A stretch of 64,000 nt of DNA, from positions 30,232-94,231 of the IMG/VR virus record IMGVR_UViG_3300021976_000006, one strand, 5' to 3'. The number at the start of each line of letters is the position of its first letter. The first letter of the stretch is position 1. The position numbers and the translations under genes were made by a program. The notes beneath the pieces are model-generated. The model saw nothing but the letters and a program-made list of their open reading frames with translations. It did no database searches and had not been told where the DNA came from. Below, piece by piece: positions 1-9,085 of the stretch. This DNA is from a virus.

Positions 1-1366
1 ATTGTTGACCTAAGTTATTATATATACTACCTCTTTGTTGTCTAATTTGATTATTTGCTTGTTCTTGTTGCATATAAACATCTGCTAATTGATTTTGTGT
101 ATTAGCAAATACATTATTTTTATTAGCTCTAGCAATAGGATCACTAGAAGTAGTATTATTAATTTGTCTAAATTGAGCAGATTGATTTCTATCAATACGT
201 CTTGCTAAAGGATTTAAACTAATTTCTTCTGGCATATTATTTAAAACCTGATTTGTATAAGGATTTAATAATGGTTGTACATTTTGTTGTTGTTCTACTT
301 TACCAAACATTCCTCTACCAATATTAATTAATGAAGGAGCATATTGAGCTATTGAATTAAGAACACTACCTATTCCTGGAGTATTACTTCCTCCACCATT
401 TTGTCCTAACTGAGGAGTATAAGCAGTTGTACTAGGAGCCATACCAGTTTGACCTATTTGACCAAATGGTCTTGTTGGAGGTTTAGCTCCAAATGCTGTT
501 CCTGGAGATTGTATTCCGGTATTAGCAGATGGTGAAGATATTGGTAATAATCCTCTAGATTGTTGTAATAACATTCCTGGATTAAAACCAGTCGCTGGAT
601 TTTGTGCTGATAAATAAGGAGGTTTAGTAGGATCAACAAATGAACCCAAAGCCATTTTATCAGTTGGTTTTTTACTATTCTTATAGTTTTTGATATTTTG
701 TAAAATAGTGTTTTGAGTTATTTTATCATTATTATCTAAAGCTTGTTGATAATCTTTACTCTCTTTACTAGTTATAATAAATGTTCCTGATTCTGCTGTA
801 ACAAAATTATTCTTAGTATCTTTACCTTTAGAGTGAGGTTCATATAAACCACCAGTTTCAGGATTAATACCAGTATATTTTCTTAATACTTTACCAGTAG
901 CAGGATCAATTTGTAATTCACCTTTTTCTATATTAATAACTTCATTAGGTAACACTTCACCACCATCAGCAAATACTAAATTACCATAAGGATTACTATT
1001 AACAGTATCAAATTGTGATTCAATAGTTGTATTATAATTAGTTTTAGTAGCTTGTAGCTCAGCTGCTTTACGGGCTTTTTCAGCTCTTTGTTTCTTATTA
1101 GATCCAAATATACCAGCTATACCACCAATTAAACCACCTCCAATAGCACCTATAGCAGTTCCAATACCTGGAATTACTGATCCTATAGAAGCTCCTAAAC
1201 CAGCACCACTACCTGCTCCTGATAAAAAACCACCAGCATCAGTATCCTGACCTACAGCAGCACCTAGGAGATTTCCTCCTAAGCCTGCTATATTACCTAC
1301 AACGTTTGGATCAACGTTGCCGCCCCATGCATATTTAGTATAATTTATTTTTTTATTTTTCTTCAT
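1..1366 (-). CDS. Putative virion cargo/ejection protein (3' end runs off the window)
   Basis: Not in the ORF track. ATG at 1366 reads MKKNKKINYTKYAWGGNVDP..., followed by a Gly/Ala-rich hydrophobic segment (GAGLGASIGSVIPGIGTAIGAIGGGLIGG). The frame is also open at the window edge (...YNNLGQQ). It follows the muzzle gene, where crAss-like cargo genes usually sit. Confidence 0.6.
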   Translation of the reverse strand, partial: MKKNKKINYTKYAWGGNVDPNVVGNIAGLGGNLLGAAVGQDTDAGGFLSGAGSGAGLGASIGSVIPGIGTAIGAIGGGLIGGIAGIFGSNKKQRAEKARKAAELQATKTNYNTTIESQFDTVNSNPYGNLVFADGGEVLPNEVINIEKGELQIDPATGKVLRKYTGINPETGGLYEPHSKGKDTKNNFVTAESGTFIITSKESKDYQQALDNNDKITQNTILQNIKNYKNSKKPTDKMALGSFVDPTKPPYLSAQNPATGFNPGMLLQQSRGLLPISSPSANTGIQSPGTAFGAKPPTRPFGQIGQTGMAPSTTAYTPQLGQNGGGSNTPGIGSVLNSIAQYAPSLINIGRGMFGKVEQQQNVQPLLNPYTNQVLNNMPEEISLNPLARRIDRNQSAQFRQINNTTSSDPIARANKNNVFANTQNQLADVYMQQEQANNQIRQQRGSIYNNLGQQ

Positions 1367-1370
1367 TATA

Positions 1371-4300
1371 TTATCTTTGAGATAATTTGTAAATTGAGTT
1401 TACAAAGTTAACAATAATTTTGGACATTACCAAACTTTTATAGCTAAATCTTACAATTAAATACTTATCTCTTAATTTAGCTAACTTATACCATGGTTTG
1501 TTATAATCAATTGCTAATGGATTAACTACTTTATCCACATAATAATTATTTTTTATATCATTCCAACTTTTAGAAAATAAAGGTTTAATTGATTGTTCTT
1601 TACTTCTGTCAAAAAACTTATTAATATTCCAATCTTTTTCTTTTCTAGTAAGATTAGTACCATTTAAAGTTATAACATCTGTACACTGTTGATCATTATA
1701 TAATAATACAGTATCAAAGAAATCATTAAGTCTTTGTTCACCTAAAAATGATTCAGCATTAATATTTAATGAATCTGTTACTTTAGTATATAAAGGATTC
1801 TCATTAAATACAGTTTCTATAATAAACTCAGTATCATAACCTTCCCCATTAGATTTTAATAAATCATTATCATAATTATATGTTAAGAAATCTGTATTAT
1901 GAGAAATATACAATCTTGGTATATAACCATGATAACTTATCCATTTCTTAGAAATAGGATCATAAGATACTGTAAAAGATTTATTCTCAAATACATCAGG
2001 ATTATTATAATCTAGTTTAACACCATTTCTATAAATATACCCATTAACAAATGTTAAAGTACCAGTAGTATCAATAAGTTCAAAGTCTTTCTTAGTAACT
2101 ATTAATCTTTTTAATTCAGGATCAAAAGTAGCAATAATACCTATATCATTAATAGGATTATCAAAACCATTCTCTAACTCTAATTGAGGAAATTGTTTAT
2201 AAATATCTAATTTAAAATATTCATTTAATCCTAGTATATTAATATCTTCTAATTGCTCATTAAATAAGAAACATTTATTCTTATGTCTGTCTACAAATAA
2301 GTATCCATATGGACTCTCTACAAGACTAAATTTAGAAGTAGTTCCACCATATCCACCATCAATAGATATTAGCTCTGTAGGCTCTATACTAAGGAATTCA
2401 CCAGTACCTACAACTATATTATCAGCATTTTCAGATTTAATAGTCTGATTAGATGCAAATACATCATATAGACTATCTCTAGTAATAGTATATAGTTTAT
2501 CTTGTCTAGTAAAGAATATAGTAATAGGTCCTCTATTAAGAGGTAAATCTCTATAATTATTAGCTCTTGATATTCTATAGTTATCTATTTTATCTTCTAA
2601 ACTCTGTTTGTCAGAATATATAATTCTAGTCGAGTATCTTATACCATCATTTAATAATCCAAAATCAGCTAGCTCTGTAGAATTAGCAAAATAGTATTTT
2701 ATATAATGATTATTATAAGGAATTTCTATCTTATAAAACTCTTTACGTAAATTAGCTGTAGTATAACTTTCAAAAGTACTGTCTATTAAATAAGATTTAG
2801 GAAAGTATTTCTCATCAAGAGTAGAACCTTCTCTACGCATTCTAATATTAATATCAGTTTCACACATAAATGAACCAAATGTGGTAGCTCCCCATTCAAA
2901 TACTTGTACTACTCCTCCTGGAGCAGAATCTTTAATATTAATAGCATTAATTGTTGAACTAATAGGAATAGCTTCTCCCCAAGTTTTCTTATAATGATGC
3001 ATATCAATATATGTATCACCATTTCTACAGAATACTTCCATAATACCAAATGAGAAATTTCTTGCAGCTCCTATTTCTACATATTCTAAATCTTGTACTT
3101 GACCATATAAACTGTCGTTATTATTTATAACAGATATATAATAAGCAGTGTCATAACAAGATTTATCTTGCCATCTTGGATCAACACCATCTGCAAATTT
3201 TAATCCATCCATAGTTATAGTAGCAGAATTAGATCCTGCTGGATAATCTAAGTCAGAATAGTAATCTGCTAATAATGTAGGATCGCCAATAGGTTTTATA
3301 TCTAATGTTGATAATACAGGTAATTGTAATAAAGCAGTATCTTGACTTTGCCTAAAGTTTAAAGCAATACCTTCACTAGTTCCTACGAAGTTATTATCAA
3401 TATATATAATTTTATCTATATCTCTACTATAAATTTCATCTTTAGGAACAGCTCTTTTTAAGTACGGTATAGCAGAGTTCATTATCTTTTGCTTTCTACC
3501 AGATTCATCAGATGCTGTATTATTATAATAATAAATATAATGTGCATGAGTAGGATCAGCAGCTCTTTTATAACCTATATAATTTATAAATCCTTTATCT
3601 AATCCACAAACTTTTAATTTATATCCTGATATATTAGCTTGTTTAAATTTAAAAGCTACTTCAGGAGAAATAAATTCAAATTGTCTAGCACCAGATTGAG
3701 TTCCACCACTAGCTTGTTGAGTCTGTTCTATAGGACTAAATGAATCATTTTGATCAGTACCTTGTAATAGACCTTTAGCTAATATATTTTTATTAGACTC
3801 ATTTCTAGGAGTCATAAATATTTTAATCTTTTTAATTAGATCTCCATATTCAGCAGGTATAACTATATTTTCAAAAGATAGTTGAATACACCATTTAGTT
3901 AATTGATAATCAGTAGCTGTATTAATAGCGTTTTCATCACCTCCAACTATTGTAGTATATAAAGGATGTAATATATCAGAAGGCATCTTATGATGTCTTA
4001 TATAAGATTTACCATTAGAATCTTGTTCTCCATTAATAGGATAACCAAATCCATCAGGATACACTTCATTACTTCTCCAATAAGATAAATATCCTGTATC
4101 AGTAGCAGTATTTCGATCTCTCCACCAAGTGTTACCATCAGGAGATATACCGGTATCCCATCCACCACCAGGAACATATACTCTTCCATACTCTCCTAGT
4201 TTTGTACCTAAACCTGGAATTACATCGGGTAATCTTCCTGGAATATGAAATACTTCAGTTTCTGTACCATCTTTTAATTCAAACCCTACTCCAAATGAAT

Positions 4301-5576
4301 ATACAGCATCTCTCATAAATGATCTATTGTCATCTATAAGATTGTTATTTCCTAAATTAACTAAATATGATGGACTAATAGAATGTTTTCTAGGAGCATC
4401 ATAAGGAACATCAAATGAATGTGGTGTATCAAAATCTATATCTACAGCAGCATTAATTATAGTATCATCTTCAAATACTACATTATCAGCTACATTATAT
4501 TGTACTGTAATATTATTAGCTAATGCTTGATAATTAATCTGAGAAGCTGCTAATTTAACATTACCTCTAATAAGTCTATTATCTTTCTGAGTAATAGCTT
4601 CTGAAGCATAATATTTAATAGTACCCACTATAACTTCATTTAGAGATATAGAATCATCTATCTCTCCTTCATTACCTGTATATATATAAGTATCTCTTGT
4701 AATAGGAATATTTTTTACTATTTTAATAGTATAAGTACCATCAATTAATGGTTTTATAATTAATAAATTATAGCTAGTAAAATTAGGATCTAATGTACTA
4801 TTAATTCCAAATTCTCTAAAATCTACTAGTATAGATTTGTTAGTAGGAGTTGGTATAACATCACCATCTACTAATCCAAAATCTTTATTAGTGTAAGAAT
4901 CTATAGGTCGACCATCAAAAAAATCATAATAATTCTCTGTAGCTATAGACATAGGTCTAGATATAGTTAATACAGATGTAGTAAATGTGTCTCCTAGATT
5001 ATAACTTACTCCTATATAATATTGACCACTAGTAATATTACCTCCATTATTTTGTACAATAGGAGATATAATAGGTCTAAGAGCTGTATCTCCAAGAGAT
5101 AATAATGCTATATCTAATCCTGTAGAATCTATATCTATATTAAGTAATCTATCATCATTTAATCCATCTACCCAATAGATAATACGTTGTTGCTTATAAT
5201 TAATTCTATAAGTACCTTTAATCTCATAATTATCTTGAAAATTTAATAGTAAAGAATCATATAATACAGTAGTTATATTTTTAGGAGGATTAATATAAAT
5301 GATCTTATTATAAGCTGTTTCTTCTTCTAAGTTTTTAATAAAAAGAACATACTCTTCTGTACCTAACCATATATAGCCAAGTATAGTAGTGTTTGTTTCT
5401 CCATTTGGTTTATAGTATAAACTAAAAGACTTCTCGTTGGTGCGAGAAGTTCTATCAGTTACTATATTATTAATTATAGTATTAAAAGCAAAAGAATATG
5501 AGTTTTTAGGTTGTTTAGTAGGATTATCTACTCTAACAAGTCCATTCTCAAATGTATTTACAGTTTTATTAGACAT
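1371..5576 (-). CDS. Tail stabilization/muzzle protein (crAss-like, P22 gp10-like)
   Basis: 1401 aa; motifs IYWVDGLN, FMRDAVYSFG, VFHIPGR, IRHHKMP, WISYHGYIP typical of the crAss-like stabilization protein; lies after the tail tubular gene. Confidence 0.8.
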   Translation of the reverse strand: MSNKTVNTFENGLVRVDNPTKQPKNSYSFAFNTIINNIVTDRTSRTNEKSFSLYYKPNGETNTTILGYIWLGTEEYVLFIKNLEEETAYNKIIYINPPKNITTVLYDSLLLNFQDNYEIKGTYRINYKQQRIIYWVDGLNDDRLLNIDIDSTGLDIALLSLGDTALRPIISPIVQNNGGNITSGQYYIGVSYNLGDTFTTSVLTISRPMSIATENYYDFFDGRPIDSYTNKDFGLVDGDVIPTPTNKSILVDFREFGINSTLDPNFTSYNLLIIKPLIDGTYTIKIVKNIPITRDTYIYTGNEGEIDDSISLNEVIVGTIKYYASEAITQKDNRLIRGNVKLAASQINYQALANNITVQYNVADNVVFEDDTIINAAVDIDFDTPHSFDVPYDAPRKHSISPSYLVNLGNNNLIDDNRSFMRDAVYSFGVGFELKDGTETEVFHIPGRLPDVIPGLGTKLGEYGRVYVPGGGWDTGISPDGNTWWRDRNTATDTGYLSYWRSNEVYPDGFGYPINGEQDSNGKSYIRHHKMPSDILHPLYTTIVGGDENAINTATDYQLTKWCIQLSFENIVIPAEYGDLIKKIKIFMTPRNESNKNILAKGLLQGTDQNDSFSPIEQTQQASGGTQSGARQFEFISPEVAFKFKQANISGYKLKVCGLDKGFINYIGYKRAADPTHAHYIYYYNNTASDESGRKQKIMNSAIPYLKRAVPKDEIYSRDIDKIIYIDNNFVGTSEGIALNFRQSQDTALLQLPVLSTLDIKPIGDPTLLADYYSDLDYPAGSNSATITMDGLKFADGVDPRWQDKSCYDTAYYISVINNNDSLYGQVQDLEYVEIGAARNFSFGIMEVFCRNGDTYIDMHHYKKTWGEAIPISSTINAINIKDSAPGGVVQVFEWGATTFGSFMCETDINIRMRREGSTLDEKYFPKSYLIDSTFESYTTANLRKEFYKIEIPYNNHYIKYYFANSTELADFGLLNDGIRYSTRIIYSDKQSLEDKIDNYRISRANNYRDLPLNRGPITIFFTRQDKLYTITRDSLYDVFASNQTIKSENADNIVVGTGEFLSIEPTELISIDGGYGGTTSKFSLVESPYGYLFVDRHKNKCFLFNEQLEDINILGLNEYFKLDIYKQFPQLELENGFDNPINDIGIIATFDPELKRLIVTKKDFELIDTTGTLTFVNGYIYRNGVKLDYNNPDVFENKSFTVSYDPISKKWISYHGYIPRLYISHNTDFLTYNYDNDLLKSNGEGYDTEFIIETVFNENPLYTKVTDSLNINAESFLGEQRLNDFFDTVLLYNDQQCTDVITLNGTNLTRKEKDWNINKFFDRSKEQSIKPLFSKSWNDIKNNYYVDKVVNPLAIDYNKPWYKLAKLRDKYLIVRFSYKSLVMSKIIVNFVNSIYKLSQR

Positions 5577-6309
5577 TATTTAAATCGTTATAAAATTTAG
5601 TAAATTGAAACATATCTGGTTTAAGTCTATGAAAACTTCTCTTTAATGCTTCAAGTGTTTGTAGATCAGGCATCATAGCTTCTGCTCCAGCTTGGTTACA
5701 ATAGTATTGCCATTTAACATAAGCATCATCATAAAATCTAGGATCTATTTCTTTATTAAGAGCTTTAGCATATAAGTATTTATAAGTTATATACCAATAT
5801 AAAGCTTCTTTAAATGACTGATGATCTGGTACTAAAGGATAACCATCTTCATCTGATGGATAAGCGGTATATCTAATATTTAGAGTACCTTCTTTAAAAG
5901 AAGTTCTAAACCATGATCCTTCTATCCAGAATTCAGCATCTGGTCCTAACATATTACCTTTGACAAGTAATACATTGTTTATTTTCTCTTGATTATAAGA
6001 GTAAGGAGTATAGTATCTTCCTGATGGTGTTCTATCCTTTGGTCCATATAAATTACTCGAATAGAGCATATTAAAACCATTATATTCAACAGCATCTAGA
6101 CCTATATAATCACAAGGAAGTTCTCCTTTATAGTTCTTAATACATATACAAGCTGATTTATGAATATATTGAGGATAAACGTGTATAAAATCTAAAGCCT
6201 CGCTCATCCATTCTATAAAATCAGTAAATGCTTCTTCTTCTTTTAATTGAAGATCTCTATAGACTTTAGCAATAATAGTCTTACAACTAATTTGTTTTCC
6301 GTTTAACAT
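5569..6309 (-). CDS. Tail tubular/ring protein (P22 gp4-like)
   Basis: 246 aa, DEDGYPLVPD...EALYWYI motif; syntenic between IHF-like and stabilization genes. Confidence 0.7.
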   Translation of the reverse strand: MLNGKQISCKTIIAKVYRDLQLKEEEAFTDFIEWMSEALDFIHVYPQYIHKSACICIKNYKGELPCDYIGLDAVEYNGFNMLYSSNLYGPKDRTPSGRYYTPYSYNQEKINNVLLVKGNMLGPDAEFWIEGSWFRTSFKEGTLNIRYTAYPSDEDGYPLVPDHQSFKEALYWYITYKYLYAKALNKEIDPRFYDDAYVKWQYYCNQAGAEAMMPDLQTLEALKRSFHRLKPDMFQFTKFYNDLNNV

Positions 6310-6783
6310 TTATTCAAAGTATTTATTTACTTGATTAATTCCATTTTCTTTAATTAACTTAGCTAGATTTCTTTTATTATCTCTAGTAGGAATGAAGGAA
6401 TAAGCAGCTTTATTTTTAATAATAGTAGCAACTCTTTTATTCCAATAGTATCTTACATAATAATTATTTGAATGCTCGTTAAGATGTTTATTTTTGTATT
6501 GTTCTTCTGATTTATTAAATAAACCAAAATCTGGTTTTAGATTTCTTAAATCTACTTTTCTTTTTTTGATTCTAATAGTTCCTAATCTATATGGCATATC
6601 TAAGAATAAACCATCCAATACTTGATTAGATAATTCTTTATTAAATTCTTCACATATAGTTCTGAATGTTTTATAATCTATATTATATTTAGATGTTTCT
6701 GATACATCTTTAATATAATATTCATAAATGTGTTTTAATGTTAAAACGTTTTGTATAATATTTTTACCTCTTAAGTCTGACAT
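6310..6783 (-). CDS. IHF/HU-like DNA-binding protein of the crAss tail module
   Basis: MPYRLGTIRIKK ... YSFIPTR resembles the HU/IHF beta-arm; conserved crAss synteny. Confidence 0.65.
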   Translation of the reverse strand: MSDLRGKNIIQNVLTLKHIYEYYIKDVSETSKYNIDYKTFRTICEEFNKELSNQVLDGLFLDMPYRLGTIRIKKRKVDLRNLKPDFGLFNKSEEQYKNKHLNEHSNNYYVRYYWNKRVATIIKNKAAYSFIPTRDNKRNLAKLIKENGINQVNKYFE

Positions 6784-6785
6784 AG

Positions 6786-7457
6786 TTATTGTTCTGATGA
6801 AGCATCATTAGTATTTTTCTCTGCAATTTGTAAAAATAGATCTAGTTCTTTACTTTTTATTAAAGTATTAAGATCAGAAATCATTTTACCTGATATTGGA
6901 TATTTATCCACATCTGGATTATAACAAGATGATCCATCTACTTTAGTAAATATAGTAGCTTCTTTAGGATTACTAAATACACCTTCTATATTAATATACT
7001 TAAGTAGTGGGTTATTACAGCCTGTAATAAAAACATAACCATTGCTATAGTAAGCCAAGGGTTCTTTAGATGCATACTTATTATATTGATTCCATCTAAC
7101 ATTTGCTTTAGTTTTATATGGGTATCCTGATTGTTTATCTAATCCACCTATATAAGTAAATAGATCCATTTGATCTAATTCAATAGGTTGAGGAATAGTT
7201 TTTACTGTTCTAAATATATTATTACCAACAACTATAGTTCCAGGAGCAGCAGTATCTACTGCTTGTACTTCTACTTGTCCTAAATCTTGTTTAATATTAG
7301 AACTAATAGATCTACCTTTTTGTAATTGTTGTACAATTAACTTTTCTCGAATATAATTAATCATAAACTGTATTTGACGATCACTTATATTAAGATCATC
7401 AGGACGAGCTATTTTTATTAAATTCCTTATATTATATGTTAATTCTTGAATTGTCAT
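6786..7457 (-). CDS. Tail ring protein
   Basis: 223 aa, INIEGVFSNP ... YPI motif; position in the tail module. Confidence 0.55.
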   Translation of the reverse strand: MTIQELTYNIRNLIKIARPDDLNISDRQIQFMINYIREKLIVQQLQKGRSISSNIKQDLGQVEVQAVDTAAPGTIVVGNNIFRTVKTIPQPIELDQMDLFTYIGGLDKQSGYPYKTKANVRWNQYNKYASKEPLAYYSNGYVFITGCNNPLLKYINIEGVFSNPKEATIFTKVDGSSCYNPDVDKYPISGKMISDLNTLIKSKELDLFLQIAEKNTNDASSEQ

Positions 7458-7474
7458 TTGTTATATAATTTATA

Positions 7475-7506
7475 CAAAAATACATATTATTTTTCAATAA
7501 TACAAA
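7475..7506 (-). promoter_or_regulatory. Bacteroidota housekeeping-sigma promoter
   Basis: TTTG-20 nt-TATTTTTG upstream of the 7457 ATG. Confidence 0.65.
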
Positions 7507-7507
7507 T

Positions 7508-8077
7508 TTATATAGCTCTTTTAAAATATTTTTTACTAATATAGTAAAATACTCCTAGTACTCCAGTAGCAGATAGTATATACCATAGTATATTAACTGG
7601 TTCTTTCTGTTTGACAGAGTTCTTAGCTACAATAGCTTTCTTACCAGTTGAATCTTGTTTAGAATCTTTTGTTGTTTTAATATTATTTTTAATAGTGGTT
7701 TCTTTATCTAATTTAAAATTAATACCTTGAGATTTAACTTCTACTTCAGTTTTTAAAGAACCTCTTAAACTATCATAAGTTTGTCTAATATTAACAAAGT
7801 CATTATTAATTAAAGTTAAATTTTTAATATCACTAAGATTTTTAACAGGAATACTAGATTTATCTTTTTTGGGTTTTGTATATATAGTACTATCTGCTTT
7901 CTCTTTAATAGTAGTTACAGAGCTGTCACTAGAGACAACCTTTTCTTCTTTATGAGTAGTTGACTCAGATTGTTCTTTATACTTGTTAGAACTCTTAAAA
8001 ACCTTATTAAATACACCACAACTCGATAGAGTTGTAGCTATTAATAATATTGGTATAAACTTACTTAGCTTTATCAT
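7508..8077 (-). CDS. Lipoprotein, probable unimolecular spanin
   Basis: N-terminal lipobox (TTLSSC), S/T/K-rich middle, C-terminal TM helix (ILWYILSATGVLGVFYYI) followed by basic residues; downstream of the endolysin. Confidence 0.6.
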   Translation of the reverse strand: MIKLSKFIPILLIATTLSSCGVFNKVFKSSNKYKEQSESTTHKEEKVVSSDSSVTTIKEKADSTIYTKPKKDKSSIPVKNLSDIKNLTLINNDFVNIRQTYDSLRGSLKTEVEVKSQGINFKLDKETTIKNNIKTTKDSKQDSTGKKAIVAKNSVKQKEPVNILWYILSATGVLGVFYYISKKYFKRAI

Positions 8078-8267
8078 TATTTTTACTTTTTAATTCTGAA
8101 AATATACTATCCAGTTTTTCTACACGATCAGCTATAGGATCTATATTTATTGAGTCTTCTGTTACAACTACATGAATTTTTCTTTCAGGAATACCCTCAG
8201 CTTTATTACTGAGAGTTGTTCCTGATAAAACTATGGTCATAAATATTAATATACATGCATATTTCAT
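8061..8267 (-). CDS. Small membrane/secreted lysis-cassette protein
   Basis: N-terminal hydrophobic segment; lies between holin-like and spanin-like genes. Confidence 0.4.
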   Translation of the reverse strand: MKYACILIFMTIVLSGTTLSNKAEGIPERKIHVVVTEDSINIDPIADRVEKLDSIFSELKSKNNDKAK

Positions 8268-8572
8268 TATTTTTTGTCCTTTTTAATATCTTTAATAGTT
8301 TGACTTGCATTATTTATTAATGTATCTAATCTAGGTAACTGATTATTAACCCTATTTTGAGTTTCTTCCATCTTTTCTACTAATTTATCTTGAGAGGCTT
8401 TTATTTCAGAAATCATTGCTTTATTTAACTCTCTTTCAGTATTTCTACCATCTATAAATAAATATCCGGTAGTAAAAGTAGTCACTATACACCACATTAC
8501 TAATGTTTGTTTACCTACGAGATCAGCTAACTTCGTTAAAGCAGTTACTTTCTCTTCTACATTTTCTAGCAT
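8267..8572 (-). CDS. Holin-like membrane protein
   Basis: One TM segment plus coiled-coil C-terminus, directly downstream of the endolysin. Confidence 0.45.
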   Translation of the reverse strand: MLENVEEKVTALTKLADLVGKQTLVMWCIVTTFTTGYLFIDGRNTERELNKAMISEIKASQDKLVEKMEETQNRVNNQLPRLDTLINNASQTIKDIKKDKK

Positions 8573-8606
8573 TCATAATTATATTTTTTGGGTTTAAAAA
8601 TATTTG

Positions 8607-9074
8607 TTATATTAAGACATAACCATCTTTATCTACTTTACCTGCATTATATAATGCTAATAATTGTTTAACTGTATATCCAAAACTCATTTCAAAATGA
8701 GGATAATCTTTTATACTATTAAAATCTCCACCCCATTTAAATCCATATTTCTTAAATACTTCTACTACCTTTAACCAATTCTTATCTACTTTCCAATCTA
8801 TTTTACCATTAATTTGATTAGCAAAATCAATTGCCATTGCATAATTATGATATGAAGATCCGCCTTTAGCATTAGTTACTATTGATCCAGGTTTGGTTCT
8901 ACCTTGAGCATATAAAGCATCTGATCTTTCAAATGATCTTAATGTTTCAGTAATAAATGGGTGAACACCAATAGGCGTTACTTTTACTGCTTCTCTATAA
9001 GCTGCTATTGCTTTATCTCTTAACTTAGGATGTAACTTTTGAAGTCTTCCTATTGATATTAAATCTTCTGCCAT
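8607..9074 (-). CDS. Endolysin, M15 family L-Ala-D-Glu peptidase
   Basis: LYAQGRT, SYHNYAMAID, WGGDF...DYPHFE motifs. Confidence 0.9.
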   Translation of the reverse strand: MAEDLISIGRLQKLHPKLRDKAIAAYREAVKVTPIGVHPFITETLRSFERSDALYAQGRTKPGSIVTNAKGGSSYHNYAMAIDFANQINGKIDWKVDKNWLKVVEVFKKYGFKWGGDFNSIKDYPHFEMSFGYTVKQLLALYNAGKVDKDGYVLI

Positions 9075-9085
9075 TTTTATAATTT

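Noticed and set aside
454-639. Track ORFs nested in or antisense to large genes (454, 3998, 9285, 11987, 16727, 17685, 22400, 25052, 26825, 27820, 33515, 45606, 47118, 47460, 49352, 56592, 57040, 58439, 63393)
   Set aside because: Shadow frames of better-supported genes, with no motifs of their own.
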